A stretch of DNA of 64,000 bases, from NCBI GenBank assembly GCA_964057225.1, contig OZ059895.1, forward strand, positions 5,084,001 to 5,148,000, written 5' to 3'. The notes under the pieces were generated by a model that was given only the letters and a program-made list of their open reading frames with translations, had not been told where the DNA came from and ran no database searches. The translations under genes were made by a program, and so were the position numbers. Source of the stretch: Auanema rhodensis (Eukaryota > Animalia > Nematoda). Of this stretch, positions 27,784 through 40,956 are shown in pieces (within the stretch, counting starts at the first letter, position 1; every line of letters begins with the position of its first letter).

Positions 27784-28768
27784 TCTGCACTTTCTAAATT
27801 ATAAACTTCATTCAAATACAGCGATAAGTATCATTAAATGTTAAAATTCAGATTTACAAATTACCTGGAAGGTGAATCTAGCTTCCATGAAACAAACGAA
27901 TATAATAATACTTATATGAACAGCAAATCACGAGATTATGAGGAGTTAATATGAGGAGAATTCTACTGTTTTTCCGTGCCTTATATAGATAATAGCAGCC
28001 GGTTTGTTAGCTTATAAAGACTAAAAGAATATAAGTAACATAACAGGATGACTGCCCACTGAATTAGATAACATTTTCCTCATTTGGAACATAACTTCAG
28101 AACCTGTTTTAACACGACGACTGGTCAATTTTTTGTTATTTGTTCTAATATGGCGGATTAAGGAAGAGCTGAATGATGTTATTACATGCGTGATATTAAT
28201 GTGTAGTTTACTCTTGACTGGTAGCACTTTAATCAATTGTCATACTCATAGCTTTTCTGGTGATTTTTTTTTTTGGAATAATGATAAGACAGCCAGATAG
28301 AACATGATAGATGCATTATAGAATATAATATAAGATAATGAGGAATGCTTGAGGGAACAACAATAAATTTGTATATACAGTTATATATGTATATATATTG
28401 GTATTTCCAAACTTCTGATAATTTAAACTTTTGGGAAATAAAGATTAAAGTTAGGATAAGCATGCGTATCTCTTCCAACAAAACATTATTTACAGGGTGA
28501 TATATATTTCATTATTTTAACTAATGATATATCATTATGATTTTAATTCCTAATTCTAATTATTTTTAGAATCCTATAAATTAAATATATTAGGTATTGA
28601 TGATCAAGTGTTGATCAAATTTTTGTTTTCTTTTGAAATTATGTGAGCCACATACGCAATAGATTAGAATATTGCGTGAATCTCACGTCTCGAACTAAAT
28701 CATATTTATTGGTTGGTCCTCAATTTCACCATTACACTGGTAACGTCAATAACTTTCGGTTGGATGTT

Positions 28769-29707
28769 ATGGATATTTTTTCTGAAGACACGGCTTCAAT
28801 AGATAAGAATGAAAATTTCATAGAATCGTCATTAATCACCAATACAGAAGAATGGGAAAAGGATATGTCTGATATACTTGCTACAAATTTGAATTCAATT
28901 TATCAAAGTATGAAGATAGATAATGAATTAGAGAGCACGGTAGAATATAGACCTCTTTCGGTAATATTTATATGGTTTATGAAATATACTTTGAAAATTA
29001 TAGAAAATAGAAAAATATCGTCATTGCATTGTCTGCAAAAAACGAACATTGAGCCACTACATTCAAACTTTCACAACAGTTTCACCTAGGAGGTTTTAGC
29101 TGAATAATTAGTTTTCCAAATAAAGTTACTTTGCAGGGAAATATGGATTGATATCTTAGGATCTAAAAATAATGTTATTAAAGAATATTTGACGACGGAA
29201 CTAGTAGGAAATAGTAGAAAGTATCTTAATCTATAAACAAATTCAATTAATATGGTATTTAGATTTATTTGTTATGATCATTTTGATTCTTCACAATTTA
29301 TGGACTGCTTTGTTAGTCGTTCTCGCATATTACGACGAGATGCAAATCCGGAACCATATGTAACTGATTGTTTTGAGTACATGTCTTTTATACTTCGTAG
29401 GTTCCCGAAGAATTCACACCTAATCGTCATGATGTAATTAGGATTCCAACGAGCGAAACGAGAAGGGCAAGTTATCTATCGGTAATTATTTATTCATTTT
29501 AGCAATTATAATATTGTTCGTTTTCAGAATAGGAAAACCAGGAATGCAAAAGATTATAAAAACCTCATTTTCAAAGAAACAATAGGAATTCCAACACATA
29601 AATTATCTTCAACAGACTATGTGAAGTGGCTAATTAATATTAGACTTCTTCGAAGAAACAAACAAAAGTTCGAACTTTATGAAATATTGTTCAAAACAGA
29701 ATTGTAG
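28769..29707 (+). CDS. THAP (C2CH zinc finger) domain protein
   Basis: Spliced HCIVCKK...RREIWIDIL...FICYDHF...LRRDANP gives the C2CH ligands, the conserved W, and an AVP-box variant. Confidence 0.8.
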
Positions 29708-29951
29708 CTGCGCACAGATGCTATACTTGTTTCATTGTTTTTAATGTTAATGTGGTAAATCTTAACTTCTTTCTGTATCTAGTTCACAGAAATCAAGAAT
29801 AATTAATCTGATTTAACCTATCAGTTATGAGAAAAGTACGAGTAATTGCGTACCGTTTACATACCGCGAATTGTTAATTTTCGAACATTTTTTTTTCAGC
29901 TTTTCATAATATATAGAAACATTTATAAGCTTCATTTGCTTCAGATTTTTA

Positions 29952-32900
29952 ATGACTACTGCCAATAATTTTCCTGATTTAAATATTTCACCAATAAGAC
30001 GTAACACTGACAATGAACAGTCAGCTAATAGCTTAGAATCTACTGTAGATTTTATTGACTTGGTGAGCCTTGTTCATATATTATATTTAATGAGAATAAA
30101 AGTGAGTAGTTTAAATATTTCAGACAAACCTTGAAAGAACATTACCTGTAACAATTGACGAGTCAAGCGCATTTAATTTGTCCTTATCTAGAATACGTGG
30201 GAATCCTGTGGATTCGATAGATATTAGAGATTCTGATGAAATTGTTAGCGAGAGCAGAGGACCTTTTCAAATTATCGAAGACCAATCTCTTAATTTTCAA
30301 AGTTTCCGAAATACAACTGTTTCTATATCCTCTGGCGCAGATACCTCAGATGAAGAGAATTCAGAAGACAACTTTGTGGAGCAAACTGTCAGTCTGTAAT
30401 ATAATACATATTGACTTTTTGGTTATAGGCTAGTGTAGTGAATCAATCTTCTGAAGAGGCTTTTAAAAAGTTAGAAAAACAGGTAGAACCTTTGCTGGAT
30501 GAAAGTGATAGCAGTATTGACTGTGGACAAGCAATTGTAGATGAAGATTTTTATGATTTCTTAGGGGGTTTTCACAAAAAATAATTATATATGCTAAAAA
30601 GTATTTTTTTAGGTATTAAAGTATTCGTAGATGTAAATAATGGTGAATATTCGTCTCTAATCAAAGATCAGTTGAGACAAATGGGAGCAGTTGTCTCGCG
30701 CAAACTTACTGAAACCACAACTCATATAGTCTTTGTTAATGGTGGATCAAAAGATGTATTATTTATTTGCTCATTAACTGTTTTTATTATATATTTAGAC
30801 TTTAAATACTGCTTTCGGCATGAAAGAACGACCTGAGTTGATAGATCCACACTGGGTTCATGAGTATGAATTATTACTCTGTATAAGCGTACCAATATAA
30901 TGTGTCATTTATAGCTGTTGGGATCAAAAACGATTTATTAATGAAAATAATTATTCATTGTACGGCGGAAAATATTTAATTGAAAGTTTACGTCGTGTTT
31001 CAACTTCTATGTCGTTCCGGAAGGTTTGTGTTTGTATATACACTATTTACGAGAATGGTTTTAGGTTGATCTAAGGGAGTCAGCAGAATATAGTAGAGTT
31101 ATGAATCTAAGTTCTGGCCAAAATAATTTCGGTTCCAGGATACCCAGTCGTACATGTACATCACGAACTAATACTACTGACACAGTAATGCTAACCCTAA
31201 AATTCAGATATAATAATACATTTTCATTACAGAGTATGGAAATGACTTTTGATCAGCCAATGACAGCTACGCAACTTCTTGGTAAAATTGATAAGTTATC
31301 CAAAAAGCTTGACAAACTCACATGTAAAATTTGCTTGATTTATCCTTAACTTTGTTCTATATATAGCTTGCCCAAACGAGGGACTCTCGCGAGAGAGTTC
31401 TCAAGAGAAGTCTAGTTGCTGTCAGCCGTTCAAAACTGTAGGAACAACTACTAATACCAGAAACCCCGGGCTTCCTGTGCCTATTCAGCAGAACATTCTT
31501 AGACGTCGAACCCATGGTGCTTTCGCTCTAGCTCATCGAGCTCCATTTTCTATTGCTAGTCTACATCATAAAGTAAATAGAGGTTTTAATATTATTACAA
31601 ATGATGAAATGCTGATTGATTTAAAGATGAAGCAATCGCCATAGGTCAGGTATTAGACAATGTTCCAGAGCATTGCACATTAAAAAAGGATGAAAGAAAT
31701 AAAAGACTCATTGTCAATGGACTAAATGACATGAAAAAGACGGTTCCAGCTGATTTGAATGAAATTCGAGAAGTTGCTTTCGCTTGTACATCTTGCTTAT
31801 CATAACTTTTTTTCTTAGACTCTACTACGTAATGCATCATATCGTAAGAAGGGCACAGTTAAAACCAATAATCTCTCAGATATGATTAAAAATCTGAAAA
31901 TCAATCAGCAAAATGACGATAGTCTTGGCTCTAGTATTCAATCGTTTGAACGTAACTTTCATTTTTACGTAAGATTTAAATTAATCATGCTCTTATTTTA
32001 AGCTCCGAAAGGACGAAAAGTAGTCAAAACAGCATCAAAAACTATGAATAAACTACAATGTATTCCAAGTTCTGATGAATTTGTTAAGAATAAGCAAAGT
32101 CGCCTAAAGAAAAAAGAGAAAAATGGAATAGTTTTCACTGCATTCAGAAAACGGTCAGTTTCCTTGTTTCAATTCTCTAATTGAATGTCCAAGTTAAAGG
32201 GATGAGCAGGAGATGAAGCAAAAGGCTCGAGGATTAGGAATGAGGATACAGTCAGAAATAACGCATAGTGAGTTATCTCGAATTTACATTATCTTCATTA
32301 CTATTCCCAGACACTAGATGTGTAATTAGTGCCACAGGTAGCAGGACTCTAACATCTTTGCGAGCTATTGTTAACGCTGTCCCCATAGTTAAGCCGGATT
32401 GGGTATTTTTTTATTGAACTGTGTCAGTTTAATAATATTTTTAAGCTCATAGAAAGCTACAGTATCGATAAACTAACTCCTTTCGGAGTGCATGAATATG
32501 AGGATTGGAAAAATCTTATTGAAGTGAGCTCTTTGAATATTTTCCATAATAGAATATTTTTTCAGAAACGGTCTGTCGATTCTGAGGTTTTCGACTCAGT
32601 TGGGAGTATTTTAGTTACGAATCACTGCTCCCCTCCTGCTGAAGATTTACGCTTTATGATTAGAAAAAGTGGAGGACATGTCAGTTTATCAAAAACAAAT
32701 GTATTACAAGTTAAGTTTATTTAGATAACACCTTCAATATTGGAATGCCGTCTAGTCGTGACTTCGCCTAATGCAGAATTTGATTTTCCTTGGACTGACT
32801 CACCTCCTCCAATAATCGTCGGAGAAAAATATATTTTGGGTAAAATGTTCATATTTAACCGAAACCTTGCGTAACTTTTAGACTGTATAACAGAAAATGA

Positions 32901-33009
32901 ACTTCTTCCTGTCGAAAACTATATATCTCATCGAATAGAAGCCATAAGTGACTCTGAGCAGTATGATGAAGACGAAGAGGAAATCGAAGAAGAGGAAAAA
33001 GAAGAATGA
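29952..33009 (+). CDS. MCPH1: Microcephalin-like triple-BRCT protein
   Basis: BRCT1: VFVDVNNGEYSSLIKDQLRQMGAVVSRKLTETTTHIVF. C-terminal tandem BRCT: IVFTAF...RTLTSLRAIVNAVPIVKPDW, IRKSGGH, EKYILDCITEN. Acidic tail. Confidence 0.8.
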
Positions 33010-33480
33010 TATGTAGATGCACTTTTCTTATCATTAAAATCAATTAATGCGCGTCGTGCTCTTATCTTTTAACGCAAAAGTAAGCTACAAAAAAAGCACT
33101 TTTTCACATAATGTTTGCCACATTTAAAAATTACAATATTTTAATTTTATTTATTTGTACATAATGTTTCGGAGTTTTCCCAATACGGTACTCTTTTCGC
33201 TTTGTTGCGTATCTAATTGTGTTAGTATAATAGCTCTATTCTATCCTGTGTTTACTTATCAACTTGTGATTTGATTGGTTGATCTTCGATATAATCTTGT
33301 AATACTTGAAACAAAATTATTTTTGTCTATGTATTAATGAAATATCACAGGCATCTTAACAATTCCCCTTTTTAAACATCTAAGGTTACAGCCGTAATCA
33401 ATATACTATTGACACTATTCCTCTCACTAGATATAATATTATACTTTTTATTAATTGCAATTTAGTTTAGTAATTTTAAT

Positions 33481-34744
33481 ATGAAACATAGTCAAATGCG
33501 GTCTTTATTGATTATTGGAGGATGTTTGGATAAAAAGGAAGTTGGTTGCTTATCAAGTTTTGAACAAATAAACGTTGGCTTCTATTCCTTATGTGGAAAT
33601 AATAGCGCTTTCTTGTTTTTGATTAGATATTTTTGGAAGCTGATGGTCCTCGCTTTGAAATTGGAAAAGTTGGTGATCTTTTAGAACAAAGACGCAGTCC
33701 ATCCGTCTTGAACTGTGTAACAGGATTAACAATCCTGGGGGGTACACTTAGAATTGATTTGTTATTTAAATATGCTAGTTGCTGTGTCTTCCAGGTTGCG
33801 AAAGGGAGAATAATCATCTGAATTCGATTGAAATTTTGACAAAAGTCAATAATATTTGGTGTTCTTCCCTGTTACCTAATACGATAACTAATCACAGCTG
33901 TGCTGCATATTTAAATGTCGATGTGTGTTGTGCCTTTTTAATCAATTGATATATCTTTTTCTATAGAAAAAACTAGGAGTAATTTTCGGTGGATATGATG
34001 GAATAGATTGTTTGAATGAATATCAAGTTGTAGATTTGGAAACAATATCAGTTAGGGTAGTCGTTTAGTGTCAGCTCCAATGCTTACTTTTTCAAACATT
34101 TAGAATGTAGGCAAATTACCCTGTCGCTTGAAAAATTCATTTGCCATTAAAACTAATGGAAAAATATTTTTATTAGGTGGTTGGGACGAGCAACGGACCA
34201 TGCGTACTGTTTACAGGTAGCAAGTAAAATATTTCATGTTTAATGATTGTTTTATGCAGTGTTGATTATGAGAAGTTGACTGAGTTCAAATTTTCTATGG
34301 TAGGATTACTTCCCTATCCTGTTGAGGGGCATGCAGCTATAACTCACAAAGATGCCATTTATATAGTGGATATTTATGTTTTTACCCCACGCAATATCTT
34401 TTTTCCATCTTAGATTGGCGGATATGATGGCTTTTCCGTAGTAAAGACTATTATTCGATATGATACTTCTAATAACCGAGCTGAAATTTTGCCGATAATG
34501 CTAAAAACAGCGCGAGAAAATCATGTGGCTGCTTGTGTTTTTGACGAATACTTATTAGTTATTGCTGGTTGGTCAGGAAGGTACTTCATCACTAAAGCTA
34601 TGAGTAGGATTCTAATTTTCTAGGGAATCTTTGTCTTCTATAGAAGTTTTCAAAATGCTTGACAATCATCCATTTTTACGACACGTTGAGTGTAACGAAA
34701 CCTTAGACGTTACACGAAATAGACCAGCGTTGATATCACTTTAA
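33481..34744 (+). CDS. Kelch-repeat beta-propeller protein (no BTB seen)
   Basis: Repeated IIGG, IFGGYDG, LLGGWD, IGGYDG and IAGWSG kelch motifs, with LPCRLK/LPYPVEGH/ARENH blade starts. Confidence 0.85.
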
Positions 34745-34881
34745 TATGTTTTATTAGTACTTTGCTTTATGTTTTGCATAATTCTTGAACTCGCACTGTT
34801 GTTCATAATGTTCGTATATTAAATATCAATGTTTTAGCTATCCCGGATGTATAAAAGATTACATGCGTCGTTGTCCAAGAT

Positions 34882-37800
34882 ATGAACTTGGAAAATATTC
34901 AAAATGATCAAACTTTATCTCAGCTTCTTGTAGAACTAACCTCTTTAGATGGTTTGAGTTTTCCTACTAGTTCTTCTAAACGAAATAAGGTATTTTTCAA
35001 GTTTTACATTCAAATATTTTTATATATTTATTTACTTGCTGCATTAGTGTTTTCCTAAAGTTTTCTGATATTATAAGTACTTTGTAAAAATTGGCATTTC
35101 AGTTTACATGTATTGATGCATCAACAAGATACTTAGTATTAGGCACTACTACTGGAACCGTTTATGTTTTTTCTCGGTATAGACAAAAGAGAAGTGCTAT
35201 TTCCGGATCAACTTTACCACCTGTGGATGTTTTTTTAATAAAGGATGGTCCTGTTAACACGGTACCCTCAAAGAAAATATGGAAATATTCCTCGTGTTAA
35301 GATTGTTGTCAGTCCAAATGAGCAATACATCGGAATTGGAAGTGATAGCGGTCGCATATCTGTTGTTAACTTGCTTGCAAATGAACAGAAATCTTCTATT
35401 ATATATTCGGTTCCTGGTGATGCTCGGAAACCTGATAAAGTTGGAGCTCTTTGTTGGAATAGAGAATCTAAAGTTTTGATTGCTGGACATTGCAGTGGGG
35501 TTGTAAATTTGCATCGTTTTGATGTATATAAGCTTTTTCTCATTTCTTACTTTATATAATTTTTACAGGCTCGTTCGGTATTTCGTTCTAGCCATGATAC
35601 ATTATGCGATTTAACTTCAGAAATATTCCAAATAGACATAAATAGCAATAATATGTTGCTGATATCTACTTCTTCCGCTAGTCATGTTTATGATATTGAA
35701 ACTAATAAACTGACACAGGTAATAATACTTGTTTTCACCTTTTTTAGAATTGTTTTTAGGTTGGCAAAAAGCCCAGAAACGCGAAAATGGGTGCATGCTT
35801 TCTTGAATCTAGTGAACCTGATCAAACATGTGGTGTTTTTATAGTGGCTGCTCGTCCTAATGGAAGAATTTGGGAATGTAACACAGCAGGAGTGGTATAT
35901 AGGTAATGCTTTCATTTGCTATTTTTTTTATTAAAAACGATTTCGCAGAACTCATCAACTACGATTATCACCCTCCATTCCAAGATGTAGCATAATATCT
36001 TTTAGACATCCATTTCAAGGTAATCATTAAGCGAAACATTTTTTCTTGAAAATTGTTGATTTAAAGGACAACAAAAAGAAGATGAAAACAGTGTTCTGGA
36101 ATCTGCAATCAACATGGATGTCAATTTTGGGTTATTATATCGAATCAATTCTGAGACGTAGCGAAGTTATACTTTTCGAATTACAACATTCTTTTCATTC
36201 AGAAAAAGCTTAGCTCTTACGTGTAGCGGATCTAAATTTATAATTGCTGATCCAGATAGTTCCCAAGTCGTATTAATGACTGATATTCATGAAGGTATTC
36301 GACTTTTTATATATTATTTATCGCAAACTTAAAATCTAAGATATTCTTGGAATATCGGTTTGTGGGTCTGACCTATTTGTCCTTCTTTCGGGAGCAACTT
36401 TTCTCAAAAAATTTAGTTTAATGTCTTTGAGCAAGGCAGCAGAAAAGCTCAAAACGCGTGGTAGTTTTTATCAGGTTTGACAAAAACAGAACAGAACAAG
36501 AAAATAAAAAATATTGTCTTAGGCTGCTCAATTAATACTTCAGACAGCTCAATTACCTATATGGGAAAAATCATTTGTGTCCGAAGTTATAGAAGGGTTA
36601 TCGAAATATAACAAGAAAGTACGACTTAATTGTTCTATAATAATCATTACTAGTATATTCAATTAAGAATGAATCTGAGTATAAACAATTGAAAATTGCT
36701 CTATTGAGTGAACTTGATCGAGTTGGAACAGTATCTTCATACGATAATATCCCTAAAGGTTTAATTTTGATGCATTTTTCCGAATATTAACCATTTGTTT
36801 TAGGTTCTGTAAAGCACCCTAATTCTTCCCGCTTACCATCGGGTGTTTACCGAGTCCATTCATCTAACGTTCCTGATGACCATTTTGCCTCATACTTACC
36901 AAATTCTCTACGTGATCGGAGTTTGAGCAGTCCTAATCTTGAACTGGGGTAAGTATTTACTTTTTTATTTAAATTTTAATTAGTAAATTTCAGTTCCCCG
37001 AATGGAATTTTACAGAAACGAGCTTCGATGCCAATCACAAATGATGAGGTGAAAGTTTCTCAAACAGGAAGTTCAGAAAACGTACGAGCGGATATTCTAA
37101 CAAAAGCAAGGGAACTTCTGGTATGTTGTACATTTGTATTATATTGCTTATATGATGATTCCTAATTTTACCGTTCGAAAATATTAAAATATTAGTTGTT
37201 TCTAATAAATTCAGAGCTAAATTTGACTTTTCATCATATAGTACAGCTTTAACAACTATTTTCCTCACTGGATATCGAAAATTAATTACAAATGAATTCT
37301 GAATCAGAAGTAATTGAACGCTAATATCAATTGTGTTGTTCACTTGCTTCGTGGCAATTTCCAAAATGTTATAACGCAAAATTGCGAAACCGATGTTGTT
37401 TTTACAAGAATCTCATAAGATCTTTTAGTTTTTTATTTGTTTACTCCAGATAATTATTCTAGCGTATTTTCATGAATAATATTACTTACAGGAGACTGAC
37501 GGACAAATTACTGAAGTAGAGTCATTACGCGTTTTACTTCAATTAGATCTTGTTACTAATAACGATGTTCTTCGTTTTGTTCCAACGGTAATTAATTGTT
37601 TTAATTGAAATAATTGTTTCATTATATATATTTAGGTGACAACAGCAAATGTTGCAAGAACTTTAGCTGAGTTATCCATATCTCCCCGTGTTGATTTGCC
37701 ACGTATTGCTGTAGAACGTAAAAACGTTGGAGTTGATAAAATTAGGAGATCTGGCCCAACCATTGTGAAGCCAATTAGACCTCAACAAGTTTGTTTTTCT

Positions 37801-39654
37801 TTTTCTTGTTTATCACTTTTTGTTTTTTCTTCAAAGCAAGTAAGACAATTTTTTTTCATGGCTTATATTTGGTTTTTTGTATTTTGTATTTTTTGTAATA
37901 CTTTATATCAGCAACTTTCTATATTCTTCATTTAAAATGTATGAGTTTCAGATTAAAAAAGCTGCTGTTGTTAAAAATTCAGCTATTCAAAATGTGGCTG
38001 TGGCAGCGGTAAGCTGGACAATTTATTCACAATTTATTCAATTGAATTTTTTAGTTTGATGTAGCTCCTCATATAGAGCCGAACTCTAACTGCGTCATTT
38101 CCAATAAGGAAGTTATGAATACAGATATCTCATGTAACGATCACGAGAATAATGAAGTAGAGATTTTGGAGGGGGAATGGTTACACAATAGACTTCAAGC
38201 TTTAACATCTCCTCAAGGTTAGTGAACTTTTTAACTTTTTATTTATAAATGTGAACTTCAGATGCTGGTAAGCCATTTAGTGGAATGGTGGTCAATGAAG
38301 AGAATAACGAATATGAAGAATCGGAACCACCCACACCACTAAATATTCATTGTCAAGATTGTGGAATTCATAGGTGAACATATGCAATAAACTCTTTGTC
38401 TTATACTTGGAAGTCATTCCAGAAGTTGGATTGGTGTATCCTTATTGGCTCTGGTTTGTAGGCGTATAAAAATTGAAAAAGATCTGTTCAACTTAGGTAC
38501 TTTAAGAATTTAGAGTTTTTTAAAAATATGCATTTAGGTTCGGTACCCAGCACATATGCACAATGGCTCAGCTTATTTCAAAAGCGCTTCACAAAATCTA
38601 AAGGTTCTATTTGTCCTAAATGTGAAGTTTGTATTGAGTCAGCTAAAAAGATCTCCGGTTTGTTTATTCATTATTATCAGTAGTTTATTCTCTTTGTAGT
38701 CAATAGTAACTTCACCAAGCCCGCTGTAAGACAAAAATCTTCTGCTGAAAAATTGCGCGAAAGAATAATCAACGGAGATGAAACTCGATTAAGACAAATT
38801 CTTTTTTCCTCAAATACTAAACAGGATGGAGTTGAGCTAGAAGGTACTTATAAACAATATATCGAGTCAAGAATATTATAATATAATTTAGGGGAAACAT
38901 TAGTTAAGGTGGAAGAACAGCCTTCATTGGAGGATGAAGGTCCATGCGAGGGTTTTATGGAAAATTTAAATTGGATCACAACGATCGACATAAAATCGGT
39001 ATTTCTTTTTTTTGTATAAAAATGAATATCTGGTTGTAGCTAATATCAATCTGTTGTATTGTTATGGGAGTTTCCGATTATTTAAAGTTGGCTCGGCAGT
39101 TGCCCATGCTCAAATTATCTATGGATGACGATTGTTGGGCGCTTTTAGTTGTCCTCATCATTCGCGAGCACGCAATGCGTGATCGATTAGTTCATCAAAG
39201 TGTGAGATAAATTTGGTTGTAAACCGTATAATCATTGGTTTAAGGCTATTAATGATATTATTTCTACTCTTGGCTTAGAGGGATTTTTAACTCCAGATAA
39301 TTCACAAGAGTCTTCGCCGCGAAAGCGAAACCTATCTCGGAATACATCTCCACCTCTTTATAGTTGGATTGTTGATTGTAAAAGGTAGTGTTTTTGTTTT
39401 TTAATTTTATTTTTATAATGCTTCTTTCAGTATTTGCCCTATCTGCACCCTTTCCTTAAGAATGGAAGGAAATATCCCTGAAATAGTTGTTCGTTCTTTC
39501 AGTTGTGGTTCGTCATCTTTTCAAATATTTCATACGAGACTTTTTTTCAGGCCATTCATATCATACACCATGCTTATCAGGAAAACAGTTTTGTATAGCT
39601 TGCCAGCTGCGAGCTCGTCGAACTGCAGCTCAATCAAGAACCGTTAGACAATAA
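34882..39654 (+). CDS. HPS5: HPS5/TECPR2-like WD40 protein with C-terminal RING-H2
   Basis: LVELTSL, FTCIDASTRYLVLGTTTG and VGKKPRNAKMGACF...AARPNGRIWECNTAGVVYRTHQ match HPS5/pink motifs. The C-terminus reads CPIC...CGHSYHTPC...CIAC. Confidence 0.8.
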
Positions 39655-40007
39655 CTTTCTTATTCCTTAATGTTTCCAGGATCTCTAAATTATCTATTTT
39701 TGCCTTTTGATTGTAGTTTTCGTATTTAGGAAGTGCTTTAGCTATTCTAGTAATACGGTTGATCATTGTTGCTTGCTATTTATTGCTAAGTTGTCATACT
39801 GGTTTTAAGTATTCTTCTAGTCCTTTTGTATTCATATTATCTAATTGCTTATAAAAAGAGCTATATTATTAAGAAAAAGCATTTATTAATGTCTGTCTTA
39901 TGTTCTTCTTCTTTCTATAGTGGTTTATAAACCCTTTAAGTTATCTGCAGTCTATGTGAGGTATTTGGTAAACGCTATCATCGTCTTCAACTATGCAGGA
40001 ATCGAAT

Positions 40008-40362
40008 ATGGTATTATCCTTTTATGGTCTTTTAGAAGCCGCTCTATTAATCCTTAACGGTATTGCTATTCTGCACAGGGATCGCTTCCTCAAGAAGGTT
40101 TTTGTATTGCTTTGTTATGAAGCTTATCATTTACTTACAGTATGGTTTGGCAGCTCCAGTACACTCTTTTGATAATCAGCCAAGTGTTAAAACTCAAATA
40201 ATTAATTTAATTTTAGCTGTTCAAACTGTGATGAGAAGTAAGTTTATTTAAGGTTCCTTATTCATAGTTCTTCCTCATCCGTTGTTTCAAGATTTAAACT
40301 TTTCAGTGCCTTTAATTGCTATTAATCTGGTTGTGATCGTATTCAAACTTGTATTGGGTTAA
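40008..40362 (+). CDS. IER3IP1: Immediate early response 3-interacting protein 1 / Yos1
   Basis: LLEAALLILNGIAILHRDRFLKK|YG...SVKTQIINLILAVQTVMR|MPLIAIN...LVLG*. Confidence 0.93.
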
Positions 40363-40956
40363 TTGGTGCTGTTGCTATTTATTATATTTTAATTGTTATA
40401 TGTTCATAGTCACTCTCCTTATGAAGATTTGTTTATAGTGAAAACTATAAGAAAGTATGAGCATTTGAAAGTAAATTCTTAACTAACTAAGTTCATTGTT
40501 TTTATAAAAATAAGATTTACCTTAAAAACACTTATTTAATAAGATTTCATTCGTTTTACTTTGATATATACATATCATGAAAAGCTGGAATATTTTTTTT
40601 ACTTCAATGCTAAGAATATACGATAAATATATAATATTAAATATCATAGACAATAATTGTTGATTTGGGAACGAAGAGATAGGTTTCTCACGTTTACATT
40701 TTCTCAGATACATTTATGAAATTACAGCTTTTTGTTCTTGTTATTTGTTAAGTATCTTTTTCTTATCTAATTTCTTTTGGAAAAGATAGGAATCGTCATT
40801 TGAAAAAGTCAGAAAGTTATTAAATTTTTTCTATATTTTGTTATTTTCATTGAATAAAATGAAAAAACTTTTAAAAACTTCCGAAACTACAGCGATTTCG
40901 CTTAGTACCTTAAAAATATTAGTTTTGTTTGTTAGATATTATGTTCTCCCAGTATT

